The notes under the pieces are model-generated. The model did not search any database and was not told the origin of the DNA. It saw nothing but the letters and a program-made list of their open reading frames with translations. A stretch of 32,000 bases of DNA, from contig JBHLKY010000002.1 of assembly GCA_048886185.1 (NCBI GenBank), forward strand, positions 120,001-152,000. The letters run 5' to 3'. Every line of letters starts with the position of its first letter. Within the stretch, counting starts at the first letter, position 1. The position numbers and the translations under genes are program-made. This document shows, in pieces, positions 17,029 through 27,111 of the stretch. The stretch comes from Candidatus Hermodarchaeota archaeon. GTDB lineage: Archaea; Asgardarchaeota; Heimdallarchaeia; Hodarchaeales; Hodarchaeaceae.

Positions 17029-17856
17029 GTGAGTGTCCTTTCAACTTCAGTTTCCTATAGCGTTAGACTAGGATTCTTTTTAGCTTGGGGAATTTTTATG
17101 GCTATAAATATCAAACAAGCAGTAAAGTATATCCTAAGTCTAGCAATATTCTTTTTTTTACTAATAATTCTAATTTCTGTTTTTCTACTCCCTGTGCTAG
17201 ATTTACTTCATGTCATCCCGAATAATTCTTTTTACATTGGTTTGTACGCTATTATCTTTGGGCTTGGGGGATTGTTGGCATCGTTCTTTTTCATAAGATC
17301 TCTTCTTGAAGTTAAAGCAAGTACCAAATGGCCTTCAACTGAAGGAAAGATTATTTCTTCGTTTTTAGATGTTCGCCAAGGGGAGGAAGGATTTTATTAT
17401 CAACCAGTGATCAACTATTCATACAATGTAGAAGGCCGAGAGTATGGTGCAACAAGAGTAATAATTGGCCAACTACCTATGAATACGGGAAAGAAATGGG
17501 CTCATACAGTCTTGGATAACTATCCTATGGGTAAAAGCGTTCGTGTTCATTACGATCCTCGTTCACCCACAAAAGCAGTTCTTGAGCCTGGAATGAACTC
17601 ACAATATAAGATTTTATGGTTTTTGACTATTGTAATAGGGGGACTCTTTCTCTGTATTATATCATTTATCCTTACCTGTTTTATTGAAACAATGCATTTA
17701 ATAGAGATTATTGAAGGTATTCAAAGGAATCTTTCTTCCTTCTTACTATTAGGAATTAGTCTGTTCATTATCCCTTTGATAATACTTTGGGGATGGTGGT
17801 CACGTAAAATGGTTCATAAAAGAGATCAAAAAGCTGAAATTATAAAGGAACCCTGA
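17029..17856 (+). CDS. DUF3592-domain membrane protein
   Basis: WPSTEGKIISS...PVINYSYNVEGREY...YPMGKSVRVHYDPRSPTKAVL flanked by TM helices. Confidence 0.8.
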   Translation: MSVLSTSVSYSVRLGFFLAWGIFMAINIKQAVKYILSLAIFFFLLIILISVFLLPVLDLLHVIPNNSFYIGLYAIIFGLGGLLASFFFIRSLLEVKASTKWPSTEGKIISSFLDVRQGEEGFYYQPVINYSYNVEGREYGATRVIIGQLPMNTGKKWAHTVLDNYPMGKSVRVHYDPRSPTKAVLEPGMNSQYKILWFLTIVIGGLFLCIISFILTCFIETMHLIEIIEGIQRNLSSFLLLGISLFIIPLIILWGWWSRKMVHKRDQKAEIIKEP

Positions 17857-17859
17857 AGA

Positions 17860-18636
17860 TCAGAGTTTAATTAAATCACTGATTGATTGTTGATACATGA
17901 CCACTAGCTCATCGGATAACTCTTGTTCCAAGATAAAATTCATTCTATCGAGAGCTCGCTGTATACGTTCGTTATCTCCAGCTTCCAATACTCGATCCAT
18001 TAATATCATCAAAGTATTGACCCGTGTATGTATCAATTTCTGTTCATCTAAAGTCAACGAAGATACAAGATAAGAATCTAAGTATTTGGTGAGATGTTCT
18101 CTGATTCTCGTGCCTTCATTAATCACTTTAAGCTTCCGTCGTAGAATCAGGTCTGTTTCGTGAGCAATTTCTTCTATTAATGTTTTTTTATGTAGAATTG
18201 GCTCCCCTTGATAATATTCAAAAAATTTGGTAAAAACAGCCTGAATTTGACGTAAATCTATCCAAGCCATCTCCATTATAACTTGGGGAAGTAAGATTGA
18301 TACTAAATTGATGCTAAAACCGCCTCGATTTGTTTCTGACGTTTCATAAAGCATAGTGCACAGTGAATATAACTCATGTTCTGGAAACGGAATACTTGCA
18401 GGCATTTTCGAATAAGAGATATGATCTGGCCGACTAGAAAAAACAGACATCCCTCTCAGAGAGATACTAAATAATAGCTCGTCTGATAACGTTTTGGGAG
18501 TCCAAACTTCGGGCATTCCTCCCCTGATGTCATCAAATGTTGTCCAAACTACCCCTATAAGAATTTTGTACGGTTTTGCATCGTTTTCTATGGATTTACT
18601 GTAAGACATCTCGCTTCTGTCCCAGAGAATTCTCAT
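17860..18636 (-). CDS. Hypothetical protein with a candidate uDENN/longin-like N-terminal domain and helical C-terminus
   Basis: The CDS is well supported; the domain call is by eye from GVVWTTFDDIRGGMPEVWTP and a later NRGGFSINLVSILL hairpin. Confidence 0.6.
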   Translation of the reverse strand: MRILWDRSEMSYSKSIENDAKPYKILIGVVWTTFDDIRGGMPEVWTPKTLSDELLFSISLRGMSVFSSRPDHISYSKMPASIPFPEHELYSLCTMLYETSETNRGGFSINLVSILLPQVIMEMAWIDLRQIQAVFTKFFEYYQGEPILHKKTLIEEIAHETDLILRRKLKVINEGTRIREHLTKYLDSYLVSSLTLDEQKLIHTRVNTLMILMDRVLEAGDNERIQRALDRMNFILEQELSDELVVMYQQSISDLIKL

Positions 18637-18746
18637 TGGTAATTTTGTGGTATTTTGTTAGAGTTTCTTTTCAACTAATTAAAGAATTTCGTTTGTTTTC
18701 CTCGTAATCAAAATTATTTTTTTCTTATTGTGATTCATATGGTAAA

Positions 18747-19106
18747 TTATTTTTGATTTTCTAACTTTTTTGCGATAAGATCCGCCACTAGTGTACAGAT
18801 TTCGAGGATCCTTGGATCAGCTAATGAATAATATACTTCATTTGCCTCCCTGCGTGTTGTTACTGCTCCTTTGTCTCTTAACACTCGGAGATGTTGTGAA
18901 ATGTATGGTTGAGGTTTTCTAGTTATAGATTTTATGTCTGAGACATTTTTTTCCCCATCTTGAAGTAATTGAAGAATTTTTAATCTGAATGGGTGAGTTA
19001 ATGACTGACACAACTCAGCTTGAAGATTTAGAGAGTTATTTTCACCCTTTACCAAGTTTAATTCTTGATCCGCGGTCATTTCTTTCACAAATGGAATATA
19101 TATCAA
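18747..19106 (-). CDS. ArsR/SmtB family transcriptional regulator
   Basis: LTHPFRLKILQLLQDGEKNVSDI...QPYISQHLRVLRDKGAV...REANEVYYSLAD. Confidence 0.93.
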   Translation of the reverse strand: MIYIPFVKEMTADQELNLVKGENNSLNLQAELCQSLTHPFRLKILQLLQDGEKNVSDIKSITRKPQPYISQHLRVLRDKGAVTTRREANEVYYSLADPRILEICTLVADLIAKKLENQK

Positions 19107-19198
19107 ATCATATATATGAGTTTTGGAATATTCAAAAAACGCAATATTTATAAAGAAGTACCAAAACTAATGAATTAGGCAATTACGGAGGATATTAT

Positions 19199-19903
19199 AT
19201 GTCTGAAGGTAAAGTACGAATCGAAGAGAAAATTTTGAATGAGGTCCGCCAAATGTTTGACGGATTGACCTCACAGGTAACGCTTCACATGTTTACAAAC
19301 AAACATCATTGTCTATTATGTAATGAAACTCTTGATTTAGCAGAACAAATCGCAAATCAATCTGATAAAATTACACTTGATCATTGTGAATGTACTCTCG
19401 ATAGTGAAAAAGCCCAGAAGTGGAAAATCGAACGGCATCCTGCAATTGCTATTGAAGGGAAAGGAAAGGGTATGATCAGGTTTTTTGGTATCCCTTCTGG
19501 TTATGAATTTGGTAGCCTGATTGAGAGCATAATTATGTCTGGTTCCGACAAAGGGGTCGAATTAGAACCTGAACTTGTTGAAGAGATTAAGAAAATTGAT
19601 CAATCCATTCACTTGCAAGTTTTTGTAACTCCAACTTGTCCTTACTGTCCAAGGGCTGTGTTGAACGCATTTAAATTTGCCATATTAAATGAGAATATTA
19701 CTGCTGATATGATTGAAGCAACTGAGTTTCAGGACTTATCTATGCAATATCAAGTGCAGGGAGTTCCAAAAACAATCATCAATGACGACTGGATTGAGGA
19801 GGAGGACGATGGTGAAATTCTTAGGTATCCTAAGTGGAGTGTCGTTGGTGCTGTTCCTGAAAAGGCGCTCTTAAATAAAGTTAAGGAAGCTCTTAGAGAA
19901 TAA
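19199..19903 (+). CDS. Protein disulfide oxidoreductase (PDO, double thioredoxin fold)
   Basis: CLLC and TPTCPYCP sites, FFGIPSGYEFGSLIE, and a cis-Pro GVPKT motif. GGAGG RBS. Confidence 0.92.
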   Translation: MSEGKVRIEEKILNEVRQMFDGLTSQVTLHMFTNKHHCLLCNETLDLAEQIANQSDKITLDHCECTLDSEKAQKWKIERHPAIAIEGKGKGMIRFFGIPSGYEFGSLIESIIMSGSDKGVELEPELVEEIKKIDQSIHLQVFVTPTCPYCPRAVLNAFKFAILNENITADMIEATEFQDLSMQYQVQGVPKTIINDDWIEEEDDGEILRYPKWSVVGAVPEKALLNKVKEALRE

Positions 19904-19941
19904 TGTTCATTTATTAATCGCCTCTCAGAAGGTTCTAGATA

Positions 19942-20535
19942 GTGTTGGAACGAATAACCGAAGTATTCTATCAAACTGGTGCCTCTTTTGATGATTTCGT
20001 GAAATCAGGTACAGAGGACGAGCAAGAACGATTTAGGTTATATTATCGTAGGCTTGAAAAGAAGTTTTCTCCTGAAGATTTCTATATAGAATTAGCTTAT
20101 CCCATTAATCTTCTGGTGGTAGCTACTACTTGGTGTTGGGATTCTAAAACTAATGTCCCTGTTTTTGTTAAGTTAGGTGAACACAATCCTAATATCAACA
20201 TTAAAATTTTCAACAAAGATGATTATCCCTTCTTAGTTGATCGTATTAATGGGGGAGAGAAAGTTCCTCAAGTTTTTGTTTTCTCCAAGGATTATTATTA
20301 TTTGGATCGCTGGGTGGAACGCTCAACTCTTGGATATCAACTGTATGGAGAAGTTCGTAAAGAATTTGGCTGGGATAAGAGTGTAGCTGATGACTTCCTG
20401 AAAGAATATCGAAAGAGATTTCTGATACGCCAAAAGGAATTGGAATCATCTCTCATTGAAGAAATCAAAACCTTATTAATTAGAAACGACGCAATCCAAG
20501 CAGCTACTTCACGATTTTTCAAGAAACAAGAGTAA
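19942..20535 (+). CDS. Thioredoxin-fold protein with a single-Cys WCxD motif (Thioredoxin_9-like)
   Basis: LLVVATTWCWDSKTNVPVF...GEKVPQVFV...WVER. Confidence 0.8.
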   Translation: MLERITEVFYQTGASFDDFVKSGTEDEQERFRLYYRRLEKKFSPEDFYIELAYPINLLVVATTWCWDSKTNVPVFVKLGEHNPNINIKIFNKDDYPFLVDRINGGEKVPQVFVFSKDYYYLDRWVERSTLGYQLYGEVRKEFGWDKSVADDFLKEYRKRFLIRQKELESSLIEEIKTLLIRNDAIQAATSRFFKKQE

Positions 20536-20727
20536 TTATTCAGCTAGAGTTACTTCTAATAGAAAGGAGTTTCTCTATTTTTCTCCTTCAGAACATTTGT
20601 TCTTTTTTCTATGCGAAAAACTCTAAGTTCAAACTCTATTTTGCTTATATTAGGTGTTTTCTTGGATCATAAACCCAAAAGTATTTCGTTTGTATCTTTA
20701 GAATGAAAATAGATTGATAATAGCTTC

Positions 20728-23346
20728 GTGAGATGCTTTAGTTTGAGGAAAAGGGTAATTGAATGGAATCTCCCATTAACAGAGATATCAAAAGCATCTA
20801 CCCATGAAAAAAGTGTACGTCATGGTCATCCGAGTACGTTACACTTATGGTGGGCGCGACGTCCGCTAGCTGCCTCACGAGCGACTACATTTGCAGCCTT
20901 AATTGATCTTCCATCCAGTTCGAATAGAAAAAATGAAATTATCTCTTTAATTAAAGAGATTGTTCCTTGGAATACTGTAAAATTTAATCTTAGTGCTCCC
21001 ATATACCAAGCTCAGGAATTCATTCAGAAACAGTGGCATGATAACGTACCAAAAGTCCTTGATCCATTTTCTGGCGGTGGTTCCATCCCCCTCGAAGCCC
21101 TCAGGCTAGGTTGTGAAACCTATGCTAGTGACTTAAACCCTTTAGCAGTATTTATCAGTAAAGCAACGGTAGAATGGCCACAAAAGGTTACTAGAGTAAA
21201 TCTTGCCTCTGCTGTCAAAAGATGGTCAACACATGTCTTTAATGAAGTGAAGCAAGAAATCGGTCATTTCTATCCAAATGATCCTGATGGAAGTATTCCA
21301 ATTGGTTACTTATGGGCGCGTACCATTCGTTGTCCCAATCCGACTTGTCAATCAGAGATGCCTTTAATCAAACATTTCTGGCTTGCTAGAACTAAGACGC
21401 GACAGATTGCCTATAAACCAATTATAAACAAGGATTTAAAGACTATTTCTTTTGAGATTCAAGAGAATCACAATATTGCCATTGATCCTTCTGTTGGTAC
21501 TATATCCCGTGCTAAGGCAAGATGTTTATTCTGTAATCAAGTGATAAATGCAGAAAAAATACGGGAGTTAGCACAACAAGGAAAAATGTACCATAAAATG
21601 ACCGTGGTCATTTTACGTTCCCCAAAAAAACCAAAAAAGCGTTATCGGGCCGCTGATGCAAAAGATAATCAGATCTTTACTGAAGCACATGAATTTCTCA
21701 TGAAAAAAGTTTCAAAATTTGAGCATATCGATTCATTATTGCCAGATGAAGAATTACCTCCTATTGGGGCCTTAGGTTTTGGAGTTCGTCAATATGGAAT
21801 GACCAAATGGCGAGATTTATTCAATTCTCGTCAACAATTAGCACTTGTAACATTTTTAGAACAAATAAAAAGAGACTACCAAATCATTGCCCAAGAGTAC
21901 CAAGATTCAATAGATACGACTCCTCACCCTATCAAACTTTCCGATATCATCTTGGCATATTTATCCATAATTTTAGGGCGACTAGCGGATAAGAATGCTA
22001 ACTTAGTGGTTTATAATGCGTATGGGGAGAAAATTGAGCATGTATTCGGCCGAACTGCGCTTCCTATGGCTTGGGATTATGCTGAATTGAATGTGTTTTC
22101 TGGTGCCAATGGTGATTGGTTACATCAGACAGATTGGGTTATTAGATTTTTAAAGAATAATCGGTGGAGATCTACCACAACTTCGACTGTAAGTCAAGCC
22201 TCAGCTACCAACCTTCCCTTCTCGAACGAATTTTTTGACGCAGTTCTGACTGATCCGCCTTATTTCGACAATGTTCCTTATTCAGATCTCTCAGACTTTT
22301 TTTATGTCTGGTTTAAGAGAGTTATTGGTGATTTATTCCCTGATCTCTTTGCTACTCCCCTCACTCCAAAATCAAAAGAAATTGTTGCTAATAAAGGAAG
22401 ACAAGATAATCCAAAAGCATTCTTTGAAGAAATGATTGGTAGATCTTTCCGAGAGATATATAGAGTCTTAAAACCTGATGGGATTGCTCTTATTGTATAT
22501 GCTCATAAATCATCTGAGGGCTGGGAAACAATGTTGAAGGCTTTAATCCAAGCTGGATTTGTTGTTACCGCTTCATGGCCTATTCAAACAGAGATGAAAA
22601 CACGTCTTAGAGCAAAGACCTCTGCAGCCCTTGCCTCTTCCATTTATCTTGTTTGTAGGAAGTATTCTCAACGAGAAATCGGTTATTTCCATGAAATCCA
22701 ACAAGAAGTCGAATATCATACCCAAAAACGATTACAAAGATTCTGGAACGATGGGATTCGAGGTGGGGATTTTTTTATTTCAGCCATTGGACCAGCAATG
22801 GAAGTTTTAAGTAAATATCGCCAGATAGAACGATATTCTGGAGAAAGTATCTCTTTCCAAGATCAATTAGCATATATTCGTTCGATTTCAACCAATTTCT
22901 TAGTCAATAATCTTTTGCAGAACCAAAGATTAATTTCCATTGATAAGATATCCCAGTTCTATCTCGCTTTTCGATGGACATTTCAAGATTCTACTGTTGA
23001 TTTTGGTGAGGTTCAGAAACTTGTTCAAGCGTGTGGTGTAGAATTTACCACTTTCTTAAAAGAAGGATTAATTGAGAAAAGAGGATCTAAGATTAAAGTA
23101 CTAGATGCTTTAAATCGACGTAAAATTAATCTTGATGAAACATCTCTTGTCAATATTATGCATCAGTCAATTATTGCTTGGAATGAAGGTAATGAAAAAC
23201 AACTTGAAACTCTGCTTTCATCTTCAGAGAATATTCTGGATACAAATTTTTGGCAATTCTGTCAAGCTATCGCTGAATGTCTCCCTCGTAATAATGTAGA
23301 GAAGCAATTACTTGAAGGATTATTAGTCTCCAAGTACAGTCAGTAA
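20728..23346 (+). CDS. DUF1156-domain adenine-specific DNA methyltransferase with Zn ribbon
   Basis: HGHPSTLHLWWARRPLAASRA, SAM-binding VLDPFSGGGSIPLE, CPNPTC/CLFC Zn ligands, catalytic TDPPYFDN and YSDLSDFFYVW. Confidence 0.92.
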   Translation: MRCFSLRKRVIEWNLPLTEISKASTHEKSVRHGHPSTLHLWWARRPLAASRATTFAALIDLPSSSNRKNEIISLIKEIVPWNTVKFNLSAPIYQAQEFIQKQWHDNVPKVLDPFSGGGSIPLEALRLGCETYASDLNPLAVFISKATVEWPQKVTRVNLASAVKRWSTHVFNEVKQEIGHFYPNDPDGSIPIGYLWARTIRCPNPTCQSEMPLIKHFWLARTKTRQIAYKPIINKDLKTISFEIQENHNIAIDPSVGTISRAKARCLFCNQVINAEKIRELAQQGKMYHKMTVVILRSPKKPKKRYRAADAKDNQIFTEAHEFLMKKVSKFEHIDSLLPDEELPPIGALGFGVRQYGMTKWRDLFNSRQQLALVTFLEQIKRDYQIIAQEYQDSIDTTPHPIKLSDIILAYLSIILGRLADKNANLVVYNAYGEKIEHVFGRTALPMAWDYAELNVFSGANGDWLHQTDWVIRFLKNNRWRSTTTSTVSQASATNLPFSNEFFDAVLTDPPYFDNVPYSDLSDFFYVWFKRVIGDLFPDLFATPLTPKSKEIVANKGRQDNPKAFFEEMIGRSFREIYRVLKPDGIALIVYAHKSSEGWETMLKALIQAGFVVTASWPIQTEMKTRLRAKTSAALASSIYLVCRKYSQREIGYFHEIQQEVEYHTQKRLQRFWNDGIRGGDFFISAIGPAMEVLSKYRQIERYSGESISFQDQLAYIRSISTNFLVNNLLQNQRLISIDKISQFYLAFRWTFQDSTVDFGEVQKLVQACGVEFTTFLKEGLIEKRGSKIKVLDALNRRKINLDETSLVNIMHQSIIAWNEGNEKQLETLLSSSENILDTNFWQFCQAIAECLPRNNVEKQLLEGLLVSKYSQ

Positions 23347-23602
23347 GAAAGCCTGTCAATAGATCACTTAAGCTGTTTAAAGCTTATTCTTTTGTCAAGT
23401 TGAGAAATTTTTGGGGAATATTACTCAAATACTCTCAATAACTTTCTGACATTTTTAAATGTCTTCCATATCTGCCACTAGAGTATTGAGATTTCTTTTA
23501 ATATTATCAGGGTGTAAATCAATGGCCAAATTAGTAGAGAACGAGGAACTTTCAGACTTATCCTCAATTAAATTTTTCCTTACGCTAAAATTGGGGAACA
23601 AA

Positions 23603-24982
23603 TTACTGGGTAGCTGTAGTGATCCGACAATCTTTAACGCGAACTGTGGGAACCCAAGTAGGAAACATGATTTCCCACCACATTACTTGTACACGATCAT
23701 TCCCCATTGCCTCAATGTTTGCAAAATGCCGTAATAAATTATCACTAATACGAAAGTTCTTTATTGGCTGCCCAATTTCCCCATCTTTAATAATAAAAGC
23801 AGCATCTCTTGGAATTGTACTATACTCGGTCGAGATCGCACTAGTGAATCGAGTGTACCAGTTACATGTAACAAGAATGGTTGGATTTGATCCCTCTAGG
23901 AGTTCTTCAAAGGAATGATCCCCATTATTAAAAACAATGTTAGTAGGAGAAGGACCCATGAATTTACTTCCACCCATGAAACCAGCTAACTCTCCATTAC
24001 CTGTACTACTTCCACCAGCCATTTTGGCTGTTGAGGTGTTGTGAATGAAGTTGACTAATACTCCTTTTTTAAAAATAGGAGTAGTTTGGCGGGGTGTCCC
24101 TTCGAAATCAAAGGGAGATGATCGTAATCCATCTGGTTGCAATCCGTTATCTTCAACTGAGACGTAATCAGGGGCTAATTTTTCTCCCATTTTATCTCCC
24201 AGAGCACTTCGACCCATCATGATCATTAGGGGATTTGCCATTCCTGGAATCTTCCCCACTAGATCTGCGGCAACTGCGGGGGTCATAATAACATCATATG
24301 TTCCCCTTTTTGCTTGCTTTGCTCCTTGGTGAAGCTTTGAAAAATGTCCAGCTCGTTCTCCTGCCTTAAGGAATTCCTTCTCTGCACTAGAAGGTATTCG
24401 ACCAGAAGCTAGACCTTGACCAGACGCATCTAGATCCTCTTGAAACGCTCTAAGTGTGAGATTATAATAAGTTCCAGTGTAACTACCGTTAGGCCCGGCT
24501 GAGCTTTTTAAATATACCCTTTTCTCTCCAAAAAGATATGATCCAGCTACTCTAACAGCCCCCGCTTCAATTGCTGCATTAATACATGTATTAATATCAT
24601 TTGGAGCTTTTTCACGATAGTCCTTAATTTTTGGGTCAGTAAGCCAGTCTTGTTTGGGATAATTTGAGATTGTTTTCTCTACGCCTTGGAAGAAAGGACT
24701 TGCAGCCATTTTTTTTGTGAACTTGACTGTTGCTTCTACCTGGTCCTTAACGTTCTCATTTGAGGTGGGGGAAAACTCACTCGTTGATACACGATTTTCA
24801 TCAACGACTACCGCCAGTTCTATGATATTTGAGTACCATTGCTTATTAATATCAATTTTATTTTGTGAAAATCTGATTTGATTTTCTATGTTTGATACAC
24901 CCCGAGCAATAATAAGATCAACATTACATTTTTGTCCAATTTCGACAGAAAAGTCAACATAAGATTTTATCTGTTCTGACAT
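23603..24982 (-). CDS. pmbA: TldD/PmbA family protein (PmbA/TldE-like, non-catalytic partner)
   Basis: QIRFSQNKI, PFDFEGTP, FIHNTSTAK and TGNG motifs. No HExxxH is seen, and it lies directly downstream of tldD. Confidence 0.85.
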   Translation of the reverse strand: MSEQIKSYVDFSVEIGQKCNVDLIIARGVSNIENQIRFSQNKIDINKQWYSNIIELAVVVDENRVSTSEFSPTSNENVKDQVEATVKFTKKMAASPFFQGVEKTISNYPKQDWLTDPKIKDYREKAPNDINTCINAAIEAGAVRVAGSYLFGEKRVYLKSSAGPNGSYTGTYYNLTLRAFQEDLDASGQGLASGRIPSSAEKEFLKAGERAGHFSKLHQGAKQAKRGTYDVIMTPAVAADLVGKIPGMANPLMIMMGRSALGDKMGEKLAPDYVSVEDNGLQPDGLRSSPFDFEGTPRQTTPIFKKGVLVNFIHNTSTAKMAGGSSTGNGELAGFMGGSKFMGPSPTNIVFNNGDHSFEELLEGSNPTILVTCNWYTRFTSAISTEYSTIPRDAAFIIKDGEIGQPIKNFRISDNLLRHFANIEAMGNDRVQVMWWEIMFPTWVPTVRVKDCRITTATQ

Positions 24983-24994
24983 GTTTATTACACC

Positions 24995-26410
24995 TCAACC
25001 AAGTCTAATATCTCGCATACGAATGCAACCCCCGCCAGCATATACAGGTACTCCTTGACTTGGATCACTTTTTCCGCAGATAGCTGGAAAATCAAATACA
25101 AGATCTTTAGTAACTCCATCAATTGAAGAAAACAGACCTATAGATGTTAGTTCCATGACTGGACGCCGTACCATGGTCTCGGTCACTACCCCATTCTTAA
25201 TTTCATAACATTCAAAACCTACATATTTCGATTGATATCGTCTATCATCAATATTCCATTCTGTGAATGAGAGCATGTATATTCCGTGTTTCACGTCTTC
25301 TACTAATTCCTCAATATCAGCAAAGTCACCTGGTTTCATATAAGTATTAGCCATACGAATAATTGGTTCACGATTAAAGTTTGCTGACCTTGATGCCCCA
25401 TTTGACCCTAAACCGAACTTTACACCATATTCTCGATTAAGTAAGGGTTCATTGATAATCCCTTCTTTGATTAAAATACGTTCACGTGCTTTAACACCTT
25501 CATCATCGTACTCATAATACCCTCCTGTCCCAGGGATTGTTGGATCTTCTACAATGGTCACATGTTCAGATCCTACTCGTGATTCGCCTAAAGATAAATC
25601 CCTCCAGAAAGACTCACCTGCTTGTGCGCCTTCACGACCCATGATTCGATCGCCTTCGCTAGGATGACCGCAGTTCTCATGACAAATAATACCGACTACT
25701 TCGGGACCTACAACAAAATCTACTTTTCCTTTAATGGTGTTATCTTCTTGAGCTGCAACTTTAGCTAGGTTGGTACATTCGACTTCAAACTGATCAATCC
25801 ATGATTTTGTCCCTTCCCATCCTGTACTCCTGGTTAAATCCACCCGGCGTTGTTCGGAATCAAGTAATCCTTTAGCTGTTAAAATTCCATAATATTTAAG
25901 CATAGATGATTCCGATTCTATTCGAGTCCCTTCTGAAGTCACAAGGTACTTTTCATAATCTTGTGCTTCAAAAATGGCTACTCGGGTGTTGATTCCATGA
26001 TCTTCAGCTCTTTTATCCATTTCCTGCAAGAGCTCAGTTATTGTATCTGTATCCACATCATTTAGTTTTTCTTTCACAGAAACAGCCCATTTCGCTTGAT
26101 TTGAAACTGGTTCACCAAAATCAATCTTTTCTTTAGGATTAGAGTTTTTCACCATTTTGACTCCGATGTTAATTACGTCCTTTACTATTTTTCTGGACAG
26201 TTCGTCAATGGACACAAATGCGAGTCCACCATTTTGTAGAACTCGATATCCAATCCCTAACCAAGGTCGATGAGTTCCAGACACTAACATACCATTTCGT
26301 AAGAATAGAAATGTTCTTTGGCCATTGATTAATCGGGCTTCTGCATAGTCTACTCCTTTTAGTTGGGCGTATTCCACCCCATATTCAGCCAAGTCTTTAC
26401 CATACGACAC
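24995..26410 (-). CDS. tldD: TldD metalloprotease subunit
   Basis: Metal motif CHENCGHPSEGDR, YEYDDEGV, IIRMANTYMKPG and the C-terminal CGK...GQGVPV. Confidence 0.92.
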   Translation of the reverse strand: MSYGKDLAEYGVEYAQLKGVDYAEARLINGQRTFLFLRNGMLVSGTHRPWLGIGYRVLQNGGLAFVSIDELSRKIVKDVINIGVKMVKNSNPKEKIDFGEPVSNQAKWAVSVKEKLNDVDTDTITELLQEMDKRAEDHGINTRVAIFEAQDYEKYLVTSEGTRIESESSMLKYYGILTAKGLLDSEQRRVDLTRSTGWEGTKSWIDQFEVECTNLAKVAAQEDNTIKGKVDFVVGPEVVGIICHENCGHPSEGDRIMGREGAQAGESFWRDLSLGESRVGSEHVTIVEDPTIPGTGGYYEYDDEGVKARERILIKEGIINEPLLNREYGVKFGLGSNGASRSANFNREPIIRMANTYMKPGDFADIEELVEDVKHGIYMLSFTEWNIDDRRYQSKYVGFECYEIKNGVVTETMVRRPVMELTSIGLFSSIDGVTKDLVFDFPAICGKSDPSQGVPVYAGGGCIRMRDIRLG

Positions 26411-26567
26411 TCTTTGTCATCTCATAAAAATAATCATTTACTAGCGATCTTATCAGTGTATTATTAGGTAATTTCCCCCCAGAATAAATATCTTTCTCTT
26501 TTTCTCCCTCTTGGATTATTATTCTAAATCATTAGACGATTTTTTGATCAATTTGGTTGATGTAAAA

Positions 26568-26594
26568 GATATTCAAGACTAAACTTTGAATATC
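26568..26594. promoter_or_regulatory. Perfect 9-bp inverted repeat (operator or hairpin)
   Basis: GATATTCAA-GACTAAACT-TTGAATATC, about 160 nt upstream of tldD. Confidence 0.35.
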
Positions 26595-26676
26595 GCCCTC
26601 TTTAGTTGAGAAAAAAGAAAGTGGGGTTATTCAAACTGATTACTTAGAAATAACAACAGAGTCTTAACTGGAAAAA

Positions 26677-26817
26677 TTAATGCCAGTTCCATCTCATTTG
26701 TGCGAGTTCTTCAGGTGAAATTTTTGGTTCCCGACCGAATTTTTTTTCCAAGTAACTCAGTTCTTCAGTTGACGATTTTTTTGAGCTATTTTTTTGAGGA
26801 GTCTTAGTTGATGACAT
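26677..26817 (-). CDS. Unannotated 46-aa micro-ORF
   Basis: MSSTKTPQKNSSKKSSTEELSYLEKKFGREPKISPEELAQMRWNWH*. No RBS; an AT-rich TATA-like sequence lies about 25 nt upstream. Confidence 0.4.
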   Translation of the reverse strand: MSSTKTPQKNSSKKSSTEELSYLEKKFGREPKISPEELAQMRWNWH

Positions 26818-26939
26818 ACAATCTTGATTAATGGATGAACCATATAAATACAAAAGAGAGAGAGTTATTCGAAAATGAGAACTTTACAATGTATGAAAAT
26901 TTTTAAGGAGTCTATTCATACAAATAACTGAGGATGATA

Positions 26940-27074
26940 ATGAAATTTGAGAAAAAACGTTTTTCTCCACCAGTAAAAAAACATAAGATCAATAAGGAAG
27001 TTGTCGAACAAATAAAAGACACTAAACGTCGCATGAAAGAGAAAATTGTTCATTCTAATTCAAAGGAAGAATAA
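26940..27074 (+). CDS. Unannotated 44-aa basic micro-protein
   Basis: GAGGATGA RBS-like site. MKFEKKRFSPPVKKHKINKEVVEQIKDTKRRMKEKIVHSNSKEE* has 15 K/R. TTTTTAAG at 26900-26907 preceded by GAAAA is a candidate promoter. Confidence 0.6.
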   Translation: MKFEKKRFSPPVKKHKINKEVVEQIKDTKRRMKEKIVHSNSKEE

Positions 27075-27111
27075 CACCTGAAAAAATCATATATTAAGGA
27101 GAGGTACCCAT

